Below, one piece after another: positions 22,713 to 31,723 of a stretch of DNA of 64,000 bases (position 1 is the first letter of the stretch; each line of letters opens with the position of its first letter). Origin of the DNA: a virus (lineage: Duplodnaviria; Heunggongvirae; Uroviricota; Caudoviricetes); the IMG/VR virus record IMGVR_UViG_3300018475_000004; one strand, 5' to 3'. Under the pieces are notes generated by a model. The model worked only from the letters and a program-made list of their open reading frames with translations, did not search any database and was not told where the DNA came from. The position numbers and the translations under genes are program-made.

Positions 22713-23060
22713 ATGGAAGAGAAAATCCAGAAGCTGATGAAGTCGCTGAACATCAGCCGTGAGGAAGCCATCGAACTGATGGACGAAGACAAGCGAATCG
22801 ACAGGGGCGAAAAGTTGTTTGAGCTTGACCCCGAACTGGAAGCGGGCGCAAAGAAAGCACGACAGGCAGACCGCAAGCAGACCACCACCAAAAGAGAGAA
22901 GAAAGCCAAGCCGGAAAAGGCAGAGCTGTGTTCCGCAATGATGGAAGGTCTGAATGGACTGGGAATCACCGAGTTCAATGTCACCAATGCCGAGCGTGAG
23001 TTCCTGTTCACCCACAACGGCACGAAGTACAAAGTCACCCTTGCGTGTCCCCGCTCCTGA
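22713..23060 (+). CDS. Hypothetical protein, paralog B1
   Basis: LMKSL.ISREEA...DK.IDRGE shared with 25750-26118. Confidence 0.7.
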   Translation: MEEKIQKLMKSLNISREEAIELMDEDKRIDRGEKLFELDPELEAGAKKARQADRKQTTTKREKKAKPEKAELCSAMMEGLNGLGITEFNVTNAEREFLFTHNGTKYKVTLACPRS

Positions 23061-23296
23061 GAAATCTGTCCGCCCAGCGCGGACAGATTTTTTGTGCATT
23101 TTGACGAAAAAATAATGCTTGACATTTTCAAAAGAATGTGGTATAATGGCCGGGCGCTGACGAGTGTGGCGCCCGGCATTTCGCTACTAACCCCCTATTT
23201 CAGCAATTTTTCTTGCAAAAATTATTTTTGCAAAACCCCTTGACAAATCCCGAAACCTATGCTATAATTAGGGTACAAATCAAGGAGGTAATCACC

Positions 23297-23509
23297 ATGG
23301 ATAAACTGAAACAGCACATCGATTGGCTTTTGGCTCAGTGCCAGAAGGACGGCAAAGAACTGTGGATTCATCAGGCGTTCGGAGCAGTTCAGTTCTACGC
23401 AATGATTGTGGAGGACAGAGAAGCTTACAACGAGATGGAGTTCATTTGGAACAATGTCTACAAGCCTGCCTTTGAGCGTTGTATCTGGGGACAGAAAATG
23501 TCCCTTTGA
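23297..23509 (+). CDS. Hypothetical protein
   Basis: 70 aa, AAGGAGGT RBS, promoter. Confidence 0.7.
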   Translation: MDKLKQHIDWLLAQCQKDGKELWIHQAFGAVQFYAMIVEDREAYNEMEFIWNNVYKPAFERCIWGQKMSL

Positions 23510-23581
23510 TACAAAATAACTCTTGACAAATTCGCAAACCTATGTTATAATAAAGAAAATTAAATGAGTGAGGTAAATGTT

Positions 23582-23890
23582 ATGTTAGAAATTTTCTTCT
23601 GGGTCTATGTCGCAAGCGCAATTCTGGCTTTCCTGTATCTGTTCGTGTTCGCCAGTCTGGCTATGATTCCCACTTTTAAGGAGTGCAAGGCCAAGGGCAT
23701 GGTCAGGGTCAAACAGCCTACGAACTGGGCAAAGACTTTCATCAGTCTCATCCAGTGCGCTTTGATGATTGGTCTGCCTGTTGTCAATACTTTCTTTGTC
23801 ACGATCTGGCTGTGCAACACTTCCAAGTGTATGGAAACTTGGGAGAGTATCGCATGGGAATGCTTCTGCTATCCCGATGAACTTCCGTAA
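23582..23890 (+). CDS. Membrane protein
   Basis: Two hydrophobic helices, promoter and RBS. Confidence 0.6.
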   Translation: MLEIFFWVYVASAILAFLYLFVFASLAMIPTFKECKAKGMVRVKQPTNWAKTFISLIQCALMIGLPVVNTFFVTIWLCNTSKCMETWESIAWECFCYPDELP

Positions 23891-23954
23891 AATTGGGGGT
23901 TGACAAAACCCCCAATTCATGCTATAATAAAGAAAAACAAATGAGGTGTGTAAA

Positions 23955-24290
23955 ATGTTGAATTTCTTATTAGGTATTCTTGCCGGATACATTATCCTGT
24001 CTTTCATTCACGAAGAACTGTGGGGCCAGAGATGGATGAACTTCATCCAGCTTCCCTATCTGCTCATCACTGGTATTCTGGAAATTATTCTGGAAATCCT
24101 GCTTTTCCCATTCGTTTTCTTCTGGAAACTCTTCCGCAATGTAAGCAAGCCTGTGAAATTGGAAGCAATTCAAAATCTCAAATTGATGGACGATTCCACA
24201 CATCTGTTCGGAAGTATTTATTTTTGCCACGACAAAAAGGCAAAAAGAATTGTCAATAAATTTTTCTTCTACCGAGTAGAAAAGGCTTGA
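23955..24290 (+). CDS. Membrane protein
   Basis: Two hydrophobic helices, promoter and RBS. Confidence 0.6.
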   Translation: MLNFLLGILAGYIILSFIHEELWGQRWMNFIQLPYLLITGILEIILEILLFPFVFFWKLFRNVSKPVKLEAIQNLKLMDDSTHLFGSIYFCHDKKAKRIVNKFFFYRVEKA

Positions 24291-24346
24291 CAAAAGCCTT
24301 TTCTCATGGTATAATGAGAATACAAAAAGGAAAGGAACTGAACACT

Positions 24347-24784
24347 ATGAAAAAGAAAATCTATCTGGCTTCGCCGTTCTTCAATGCTACTGAATTGGTA
24401 GTCTACAAGGAAACCATCTCTCGTCTGCGCTCCGCAGGTTATCCGGTTCATGTACCCCAGGAGCATGAAGTTCCCAACGCATGGGACTTGCCGAACTCTG
24501 ACTGGGCAAAGCGTGTCTTTGAAATGGACATTGAAGCCATCCATGACTGTGATGTGGTCATGGTTCTCAACTTCGGTATGTATTCCGACTCTGGTACGGC
24601 ATGGGAAGCCGGCTTCGGCATGGCAATCGGCAAAGAGGTTGTCCAGGTTCTGTGCGGTTATGAGAACGCAACCTATTCTCTGATGATGGTCAATGGCTGT
24701 CACAAGGTTGTCCATGTTGACAATGTGGAGAACTGGGAAGAAGTCAGCGCCGGAATCAATCTGGAAACGGTCATTCAAAAATGA
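24347..24784 (+). CDS. Nucleoside 2-deoxyribosyltransferase-family protein
   Basis: IYLASPFF, DIEAIHDCDVVM, DSGTAWEAGFG motifs. Confidence 0.88.
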   Translation: MKKKIYLASPFFNATELVVYKETISRLRSAGYPVHVPQEHEVPNAWDLPNSDWAKRVFEMDIEAIHDCDVVMVLNFGMYSDSGTAWEAGFGMAIGKEVVQVLCGYENATYSLMMVNGCHKVVHVDNVENWEEVSAGINLETVIQK

Positions 24785-25257
24785 GTGAGGGGCAACCCTC
24801 ACTTTTTTGTGCAAAATTACCAATTGACATTTCGGCGGCCCGGGCGCGAGTGTGCCCGGGCAGAATTTCCATTATACCATACCCCCAGCAATTTGTCAAG
24901 AGGAAAATGCGAAAAAAATGCACAAATTATTTCTCCCGATTTTGTATACTTTGCCTATTGCAATCCGCTTCTGGCTATGGTATAATACCCTTGTCAGTGA
25001 GGGACAGGCAACAACGCAGGACAGAGCGAGCCGAGCGAAAAAAAAAGTTGAAAAAACCTCTTGACAAACCGCCCAAGATGTGATACAATGAGGGTACAAA
25101 AAGAGAGGGGCAACCCTCCAAGGTCAAGAAAAAAAAAGAAAAAAAGTTCTTGACAAACCGAGCCGAATGTGCTATAATAAGAATGTAAAGAGGAACACCT
25201 CTTACAGAATAAATCATCGACAGGTTCAAGTCGCTAAAACCGAAAGGAATTGATACT

Positions 25258-25650
25258 ATGGCTAACACTACTTCTTCCGCTTCCGCATCCACCAAGCTGA
25301 CCAAGGCTCAGAAGTTCGCTATGATTGCGAACATCCCCGAAGTCGCCAACAACCCCATGCTGGCTGAGTTCATCGCCCACGAGCAGGAACTGCTGGCCAA
25401 GAAGAACTCCGCTGAGAAGAAGCCCACCGCTCAGCAGGAAGCCAACGCAACCATCAAGGCCGGTGTTCTGGCTGTGATGGAAGCCAATCCCAATCAGCTG
25501 TTCACCGTGTCCGAACTGCTGAAAAAGGTTCCCAACCTGCCTGACACCATGACCAACCAGAGAATGTCCGCTCTGGTTCGCCAGATGGTTGATGCAGGCC
25601 AGGTCAAGAGAACCGAGGACAAGAGAAAGGCTTTCTTCTCTCTGGTCTAA
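25258..25650 (+). CDS. Winged-helix-like protein, paralog A2
   Basis: High similarity to 22247-22624. Confidence 0.7.
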   Translation: MANTTSSASASTKLTKAQKFAMIANIPEVANNPMLAEFIAHEQELLAKKNSAEKKPTAQQEANATIKAGVLAVMEANPNQLFTVSELLKKVPNLPDTMTNQRMSALVRQMVDAGQVKRTEDKRKAFFSLV

Positions 25651-25749
25651 CCAGAGAGAGGGGAGAGGGGGAGAAATTCTCCCCCAAACTTTCCTCTTGA
25701 CAAATCCCCCCAAATGTGCTATACTAAGTAAGGAAAGGGGGCAACCACC

Positions 25750-26118
25750 ATGGATAGCCAAATCGAACGCATCATGCGTTCTCTCAAGTGTTCCAGAAGC
25801 GAAGCCGAAGCCATTCTTGCCGATGATAAATGCATCGACAGGGGAGAGCAAATGGACTTTGATTTGAGTCCAGAAGCACACAAACTGGCTATGAAAAACG
25901 CTAATGCGGACACAAAATCGCCAAAAACCACCAAATCCGCACGAAAACCCACCGAAAATCCGGAAAAAGAGGCTGTAATTGCGGAAATCGCCCACTTTTT
26001 AGCGGAAAAAGGCTACGTTTCAGTGGAAATCACCAACAAAACTCGTCAAATTAGCTTCAAAATTGGTGAAAATGCCTACGAATTGACTTTAATCGCAAAA
26101 AGAAAGGCAAAAAGTTAG
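25750..26118 (+). CDS. Hypothetical protein, paralog B2 (ends in TAG)
   Basis: Similar length and motifs to 22713-23060; TAG 26116-26118 followed directly by terminator hairpin. Confidence 0.7.
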   Translation: MDSQIERIMRSLKCSRSEAEAILADDKCIDRGEQMDFDLSPEAHKLAMKNANADTKSPKTTKSARKPTENPEKEAVIAEIAHFLAEKGYVSVEITNKTRQISFKIGENAYELTLIAKRKAKS

Positions 26119-26324
26119 AAAAACCGGGAAAAATCCCGGTTTTTCTTCGTTTTTGTGCAATTTGCACAAATTTCGGCCGGCCCTTTACGTGCGCGCGGGC
26201 CGGTTTTTCGGCAAAATAACCAACTCCAACAATTTTTGGGGCGCATTTTTTGTGCAATACTCCAACTTGATTTTCCCGGAATCGGTGGTATAATTGTATT
26301 ATAAATCAAGAGGAGGTAACCCCC

Positions 26325-26495
26325 ATGAATAAAAAGTGCATTACTGTTAGTGAACTGCTCCGCCAGCTTCAGACCATGGAAGAACTCGGTTTTGGTGATT
26401 CCAAGGTCATTTACATGGATGAACTGTCCATCACCTACAATGTAGAAGAAGGCGTTCACGACCACTACGGCAAAAATTTTGTGGTTCTGGGGTAA
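26325..26495 (+). CDS. Small hypothetical protein (TVSELLRQL)
   Basis: 56 aa, AGGAGGT RBS; N-terminus resembles 15101-15268. Confidence 0.65.
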   Translation: MNKKCITVSELLRQLQTMEELGFGDSKVIYMDELSITYNVEEGVHDHYGKNFVVLG

Positions 26496-26519
26496 CCCAG
26501 AACCATGGAGGGAAAAACA

Positions 26520-26696
26520 ATGGCTAGAATTGAAATTGGTAAGGGTATCCCCTATTCAGAGGTCAAGAAAATGGCCGGCGAACTGATGATACAAAATCCC
26601 CTTGTTAGTTCTGTGCGTGTGACAGTTGAAAAAGATACTTTGAAAATGTGTATTGAATACACAGAATTTTCTAAAAAAGTACTTGACAAACTCTAA
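26520..26696 (+). CDS. Small hypothetical protein
   Basis: 58 aa, GGAGG RBS. Confidence 0.55.
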   Translation: MARIEIGKGIPYSEVKKMAGELMIQNPLVSSVRVTVEKDTLKMCIEYTEFSKKVLDKL

Positions 26697-26743
26697 ATCC
26701 TATGCTATAATGAGTACATCAAATGAGAGAGGAATTGATACCC

Positions 26744-27337
26744 ATGAAGAACATCAAGCTTTTTGAGAGGGAACTGTCCCTCATCCTGGACGAGGATCTC
26801 CGCATGGCGGTCAAGGGATACCTGATCGACCGAGTTCCCGACTACTTCTGGACAGACGGTGCTTCCAGTTCTGGCAAGTATCACCCCAAGATGTCCCAGG
26901 GCGTTGGCGGTCTGGTTCGCCACACCAAGGCGGTTGTCATGTTCGCCGAAGAACTGCTCCGCATGAGTTCTTACGCATACATGAAGGAAGAATACAAGGA
27001 TTTCGTCATTGTCGCCTGTATCATTCACGATACTGTCAAGTATGGTCTGGATGGTTTCGACAAGGCCGAGTACAAGAATCACGCCAGAAATGCGGCGACT
27101 GCTTTCCGTGATTACTGTCTGGTCACTGGTTACGGCGAACCCCATTTTCTGCTTCTGAACGCTGTCTGCGCTCACATGGGTCAGTGGTCTACCGAGAAAG
27201 AGGACAGACCCTTTACCAATGTGGACAGATGTGTCCACATGGCGGACTACATGGCAAGCCGTCCTTTCATCGATATTCCTGCGATTGTCGAGGAATGGAA
27301 TGAGGTTGCCGGACTGGCAGACGAACTGCCTTTCTAA
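26744..27337 (+). CDS. HD-domain phosphohydrolase
   Basis: KYHP, GGLVRHTK, IIHDTVKYG, HMG, VHMADY motifs. Confidence 0.85.
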   Translation: MKNIKLFERELSLILDEDLRMAVKGYLIDRVPDYFWTDGASSSGKYHPKMSQGVGGLVRHTKAVVMFAEELLRMSSYAYMKEEYKDFVIVACIIHDTVKYGLDGFDKAEYKNHARNAATAFRDYCLVTGYGEPHFLLLNAVCAHMGQWSTEKEDRPFTNVDRCVHMADYMASRPFIDIPAIVEEWNEVAGLADELPF

Positions 27338-27414
27338 AAAAAAGTTGTCGGGGGGCTTGACAAATGCCCCCCGACATGGTATAATAAAGAAAATCAAACA
27401 AGGAGGAAAACAAA

Positions 27415-27603
27415 ATGGCTACCTGTGCTGATTCTAATTGCGGTTACTACTGGAAGGACGAGGACGAAGAATACCCCCGTTGCCACTATCCCGATGATGG
27501 CACTCCCGCCCCCTGTGAGTACGACGATGACTACGAACCCGAAGACATTGACGATGACTTCGGCTTCGACCCCTACGAAGGTTGCTACACCTATGATTGC
27601 TAA
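27415..27603 (+). CDS. Small acidic Cys-containing protein
   Basis: 62 aa, promoter and AGGAGG RBS. Confidence 0.65.
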   Translation: MATCADSNCGYYWKDEDEEYPRCHYPDDGTPAPCEYDDDYEPEDIDDDFGFDPYEGCYTYDC

Positions 27604-27616
27604 GGAGGTATGAAAA

Positions 27617-27787
27617 ATGGGTGAATGTCCTTACTGCGGTGCGTCCTTTGATGTGGACGAGTTCGACGATCTGGAAGACAACGGCGATTTTGTCACCGGC
27701 ACTTCCTACACAATCTGCCCCGAGTGCGGTGCAAGCCTCCATGTGACGGCGCACTTCCATTGGGATGGCTGTTTAGAAATCGACTGA
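27617..27787 (+). CDS. Small zinc-ribbon protein
   Basis: 56 aa, CPYCG and CPECG, AAGGAGGT RBS. Confidence 0.7.
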   Translation: MGECPYCGASFDVDEFDDLEDNGDFVTGTSYTICPECGASLHVTAHFHWDGCLEID

Positions 27788-28192
27788 GAAATCAGTCGAT
27801 TTTTTTTTGATTTAGGGGTTGACAAATACCTCGACTTGTGGTATAATAAGGGTGTGGTTCAACGGGCCCTGAACGGAGGTCAGGGCCCGATTTTCCGATC
27901 GGTATACCCCATATGGAATTTTTCTGCTACTTCTAGCGACTTCCGCATATGCCCCGTTCTCCCGAAATCTAGCACCCCACCCCGGAGGGCCGATCGGGAA
28001 TTCTCATATGGCGAAACATTGAATTGAAAGTCCCGATCGGTAAAAATGTTCTTTTTTTTTATTATAACATTTTTTTTATAAAAAATCCAATCTGCGTTCG
28101 GAGAACGCAGAAAGCGCCGATCGGATTTGATTTTTATAAAATTTTTTGATATAATATAAGTACAATAAATAAGAAATGTGAGGTATATACCA

Positions 28193-28660
28193 ATGGTTTA
28201 TGATAAGAACTATTTCCTGGACCAGTTGCGCAATGGTCAGGATATCAATGCAATTGGTCAGGCCATGGCAGATGCCATGAACGCCGCAATGTCTGACTTC
28301 TGTGCTGAGCAGGAGGCCGCCCGTAAGGCCGAGGCAGAGCGTGTCGCCAAGGTGGAGCTGGCCGCAAAGAAAAAGGATCTGGGTCTGAAGATGGTCGACC
28401 TGTTCCGTGATTACGCTGATCTGACTGGCAACACCGCCATGGATGAGATGGAAATCACTGACGATGACCTGGACACTCTGGTTGAGGCCCTGGATCAGAC
28501 TTTCGCCCTGATGGGCGCAATGAAGGAACTGAAGACCGCAATCGATGCTATCCCCGAGGATAAGCTGGTTGGTCTAAATCCTAAGAAGCGTTCCGCCACC
28601 ATTCACGCCAAGAGCGATGATGAAGCTCTAAAGGAATTTTTGGCTCAAATTATGAAGTAA
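28193..28660 (+). CDS. Hypothetical helical protein
   Basis: 155 aa, promoter and GAGGT RBS. Confidence 0.7.
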   Translation: MVYDKNYFLDQLRNGQDINAIGQAMADAMNAAMSDFCAEQEAARKAEAERVAKVELAAKKKDLGLKMVDLFRDYADLTGNTAMDEMEITDDDLDTLVEALDQTFALMGAMKELKTAIDAIPEDKLVGLNPKKRSATIHAKSDDEALKEFLAQIMK

Positions 28661-28992
28661 GATTCTCGTTGTGAAGAAATTCTCATAAGATGATTTCTGA
28701 CTAAGCTACAACTACCAAGAGAAGAGCTACGCTAAGATAATTTTAGAACCCACCCTCTGAAAATGAGGGTGGATTTTTTTATGCCCCAACGGTAACGGTG
28801 ACGAGGAAAAGCGATCGGATAGTCCAGGGGCCGATCGGCCAGAACAATCTCACAATTCTCTTCCAAAAGCAACAAAAAAAGGAGGACCGAAGTCCTCCTT
28901 AATCAAATATATCATCCAAGAGCACAATAAGCTCCCCCAAATCTTCTAACCACTCAACGATCGGAAATACTTTATTCCAGAAGCGAGTCCAC

Positions 28993-29448
28993 TTAGAGTC
29001 CGTAGTTGAATCCTGCGAGCAAATCTTCAATAGTCATTTCCCTCGCCTTCTTCAAGGTTCCCTCAACGTCAATCTCCAGTTTCACATCCGCAGTCGTAGT
29101 TCCAGAAGAAGCAGTAGTATGTACGGTCGGTACAGGCGCAAACTCCACTGTAGCTTTCTTCTCATTATAATAGAAGACTTCCTTGTCCTTCTCTGTGCGG
29201 ATGGGGAAATATTCTCGCTTAGTGTCCTCATGAACAGAGCCTTCCTTATCCAGATAACCAAATCTGAACCACATAGAACCGCTCTTCTTCACGAAAGCAT
29301 TGTCATCATCATAGACGACATAATAAGCACCATTGCCTTTTTGCGCCAGTCCCATTCTATCACAAGAAAAGACCGGCAAATCCTTCCACTTACCAAGTCT
29401 CTGACCAGACTTTGCGGCAGACATTAAATTATTATAGCTAAAAACCAT
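28993..29448 (-). CDS. Hypothetical protein
   Basis: 151 aa, TAA stop. Confidence 0.65.
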   Translation of the reverse strand: MVFSYNNLMSAAKSGQRLGKWKDLPVFSCDRMGLAQKGNGAYYVVYDDDNAFVKKSGSMWFRFGYLDKEGSVHEDTKREYFPIRTEKDKEVFYYNEKKATVEFAPVPTVHTTASSGTTTADVKLEIDVEGTLKKAREMTIEDLLAGFNYGL

Positions 29449-29758
29449 TTTACTTTTCCTTTCAATCGGATTTTCATTTCATTTTTTATTTTGTTCCTCG
29501 GTTTTCATTTCATTTTTTCAATTCATTTTTTGAATACCCCTACTTAGGGCTTTTTGAATTGAAGTTCTTGAATGACCCTCATGACATATTCTACTTTGCT
29601 TTCATCGGGTTTTCTAAAGATTCCCATCTCTTCCCCGATGCGCACGATAGTATTGTCATGAAGATAACCTTCATCTACAAGCATCATATAACCTTTTCCA
29701 CCTTTTCTTTTATACTATAATAATTATAACAATATTTTTTTATAAAATCAAATAAAGA

Positions 29759-29986
29759 TTATACGTACTCTCTAAAATAATCCAATAACTCCTCACACTG
29801 CCTATCTGACATTGGAATTTCTGGTTCATTTTTCTCATACGCATATGGAATATCTCCAATTGGTACTACATATAATACTGGATCCCCAGGTACCATAAAT
29901 ATCTTTACTTCTTCGGCTCCATATGGTAAATCATCAAATCTACCATAAGCAAATCTTACATTACCTTTCGGTCTTTGATATATCAT
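29759..29986 (-). CDS. Hypothetical protein
   Basis: 75 aa, GGAG RBS. Confidence 0.55.
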   Translation of the reverse strand: MIYQRPKGNVRFAYGRFDDLPYGAEEVKIFMVPGDPVLYVVPIGDIPYAYEKNEPEIPMSDRQCEELLDYFREYV

Positions 29987-30038
29987 TCTCCATTATCTCC
30001 TTTATGATGGGGATCCCCGGAGGGGTCCCCTAAAATTT

Positions 30039-30198
30039 TTGCAATTTATTGCAAAAATTAAGTTGCAAAATTGCAATTCAATTTGCAAAATTGTTGCATT
30101 TGTAAGTTATAAGTTAGATTTGTACAATGCAATGCAAAATGCAAACTTTGCACGAATATATTGTTACAATTTTTGCAACTTTGCAACAAATTTTGCAA
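30039..30198. repeat. AT-rich TTGCAA/TGCA palindromic repeat tract (putative origin or binding array)
   Basis: 8 exact TTGCAA and 13 TGCA cores in 160 bp. Confidence 0.75.
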
Positions 30199-30199
30199 A

Positions 30200-30589
30200 T
30201 CAAAATACAAATTCGTTTTCTCTTCTCTTTCTCCAACCATCACTGTGGTCAACAGAAGATTTAGATATATTCAAAATTGTTGCAATTTCAGTTGCAGTTT
30301 TTCCTTCTTGCGCCAACTCATAAATTTGTCTGTCATCAATTTTCTTCTTAGCCCCAGCAGTTTTTCCCATTGCAACTTTCTTTGCATATTGATCCTTACT
30401 ATAATCAATTCTATTTTTCAAAATATTCACAAAAGACTGCGCGATTGCGTCCTCAGGGTGCGCAGGGTCCAGTCCACAGCCATATCGAACGAACTCCGCA
30501 ATGATTCTATCCTGAGTCTCACAGGGTAATCCAGCAATACTATCTAACCATTCTTTGTGAACCACAAATGTTTCAATAGCGCTCATCAT
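30200..30589 (-). CDS. Replication-initiator-like protein (DUF6291-like N-terminus, C-terminal HTH)
   Basis: FVVHKEWLDSIAGLP...IIAEFVRYG N-terminus; GKTATEIATILNISKSSV HTH. Confidence 0.55.
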   Translation of the reverse strand: MMSAIETFVVHKEWLDSIAGLPCETQDRIIAEFVRYGCGLDPAHPEDAIAQSFVNILKNRIDYSKDQYAKKVAMGKTAGAKKKIDDRQIYELAQEGKTATEIATILNISKSSVDHSDGWRKRRENEFVF

Positions 30590-30768
30590 TACCCCTCCTT
30601 TACCAAGGAGTCAAACGCTTTCAGAAGTGCGGGAGTCTCTTGATACACCCAACAATTCAGATGCGGATTCTTGGGATTCTTCATTTCTGTTATATAAGAA
30701 AATCCTAATTGTTGTAAACCAATATGGATTCTTAAAGAGTATACAATTTTTACTTTTGAATTTGGCAT
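30589..30768 (-). CDS. Small DUF5659-like protein
   Basis: 59 aa, IVYSLR...LQQLGF...KNP...CWVYQETPALLKAF. Confidence 0.55.
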   Translation of the reverse strand: MPNSKVKIVYSLRIHIGLQQLGFSYITEMKNPKNPHLNCWVYQETPALLKAFDSLVKEG

Positions 30769-30783
30769 TTCACAAGCTCCTTT

Positions 30784-30921
30784 TTAGTTTCTAACTTTCT
30801 CGTCTAAAAATTCTTTTATTAGACGTCTTATAATCTATGACACAGATAGATCTTCATCTTCTGCATATTGCTGTAATAATTGCTTTTCAATATCATCAAG
30901 TCTTACAGTAATAACGGTCAT
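30784..30921 (-). CDS. Ribbon-helix-helix (CopG-like) regulator (code 15)
   Basis: MTVITVRLDDIEKQLLQQYAEDEDLSVS*IIRRLIKEFL with TAG 30835-30837 in the S-x-I-I-R helix; GGAGGT RBS. Confidence 0.75.
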
Positions 30922-31195
30922 ATAATCACCTCCGTATGATTATTGAAAATTAGGAAAGAAAAATTGTATTACGTTGTCCTACACTGTATTACAACGTATT
31001 ACATTTATATTCTAATTAATTGTATCTTAATTGATTTTGTAAAAATTTTATGATATAATATATATGTAAAGTAAAGGAAAAGATAGTAAAAGAAAAGGTA
31101 ATGCGCTCCGTCAGAAAAGTAAAATTCCGTGTACCGAGCGTAATACAAAATCTTACTGAGTAAGACTGAATAATACGCCAGGAGGTAAAAGAATT

Positions 31196-31465
31196 ATGGT
31201 AGGCTTCACCCCGTCTGTTATTGAAGATGAAGTATATAACATCTGCGAGCAGGTAGACCATCTTGTGTCTTCCAAAGAATATACCAAAGACGCCCTTCAT
31301 GTCGTTGAAGAATACTTTGAAAATTTGGAATATGAAGATCCTCTCTTCCAGTGGAATGAGATCGTTGATCCCTACCCCGATAATTCCGGCGCATCCGTAT
31401 CTTTCGCTTGGATCGAAAATCGTCACCTTCATCACATCTGTTTGAATTTCGCAGGAGGTTTCTAA
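31196..31465 (+). CDS. Hypothetical protein
   Basis: 89 aa, AGGAGGT RBS, first gene after promoter 31031. Confidence 0.65.
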   Translation: MVGFTPSVIEDEVYNICEQVDHLVSSKEYTKDALHVVEEYFENLEYEDPLFQWNEIVDPYPDNSGASVSFAWIENRHLHHICLNFAGGF

Positions 31466-31466
31466 T

Positions 31467-31718
31467 ATGAATCGTTATCGTAATTTCATTCGTATTGCGG
31501 GACGGGATTTCAACATGGACTTCATTGAATCCATTGAAATCTGTGAAGCTATCAATCCCGAGTATGCCGTCGTCAGTATCGAATACAAAGGCCAGAGCAT
31601 TACTTATCCTATCACCGGCACTGCTAAGGAAAACCAAGGGAAACTGGATGAAGCATACTGGGTTCTCCATCGTTCTCCTTCTTTACCCATCCTCAAAACC
31701 GGTATTCAGCGGAGGTAA
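31467..31718 (+). CDS. Hypothetical protein
   Basis: 83 aa, coupled. Confidence 0.65.
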   Translation: MNRYRNFIRIAGRDFNMDFIESIEICEAINPEYAVVSIEYKGQSITYPITGTAKENQGKLDEAYWVLHRSPSLPILKTGIQRR

Positions 31719-31723
31719 TCGTT

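Larger units (their letters stand above)
14470..27850 (+). promoter_or_regulatory. Array of about 30 near-consensus sigma-A promoters (class I: C/T-tract-TTGACAAA-N17-TG-TATAAT/TACAAT)
   Basis: Seen upstream of nearly every short ORF, e.g. near 14475, 15021, 16208, 17095, 18111, 18860, 19705, 20986, 23240, 23900, 25697, 27357. Confidence 0.85.

Noticed and set aside
14470-27850. Regularly recurring intergenic motif as a CRISPR array
   Set aside because: Repeats are -35/-10 promoter elements with variable interiors separated by genes, not identical repeats with 30-40 nt spacers; no cas genes seen.
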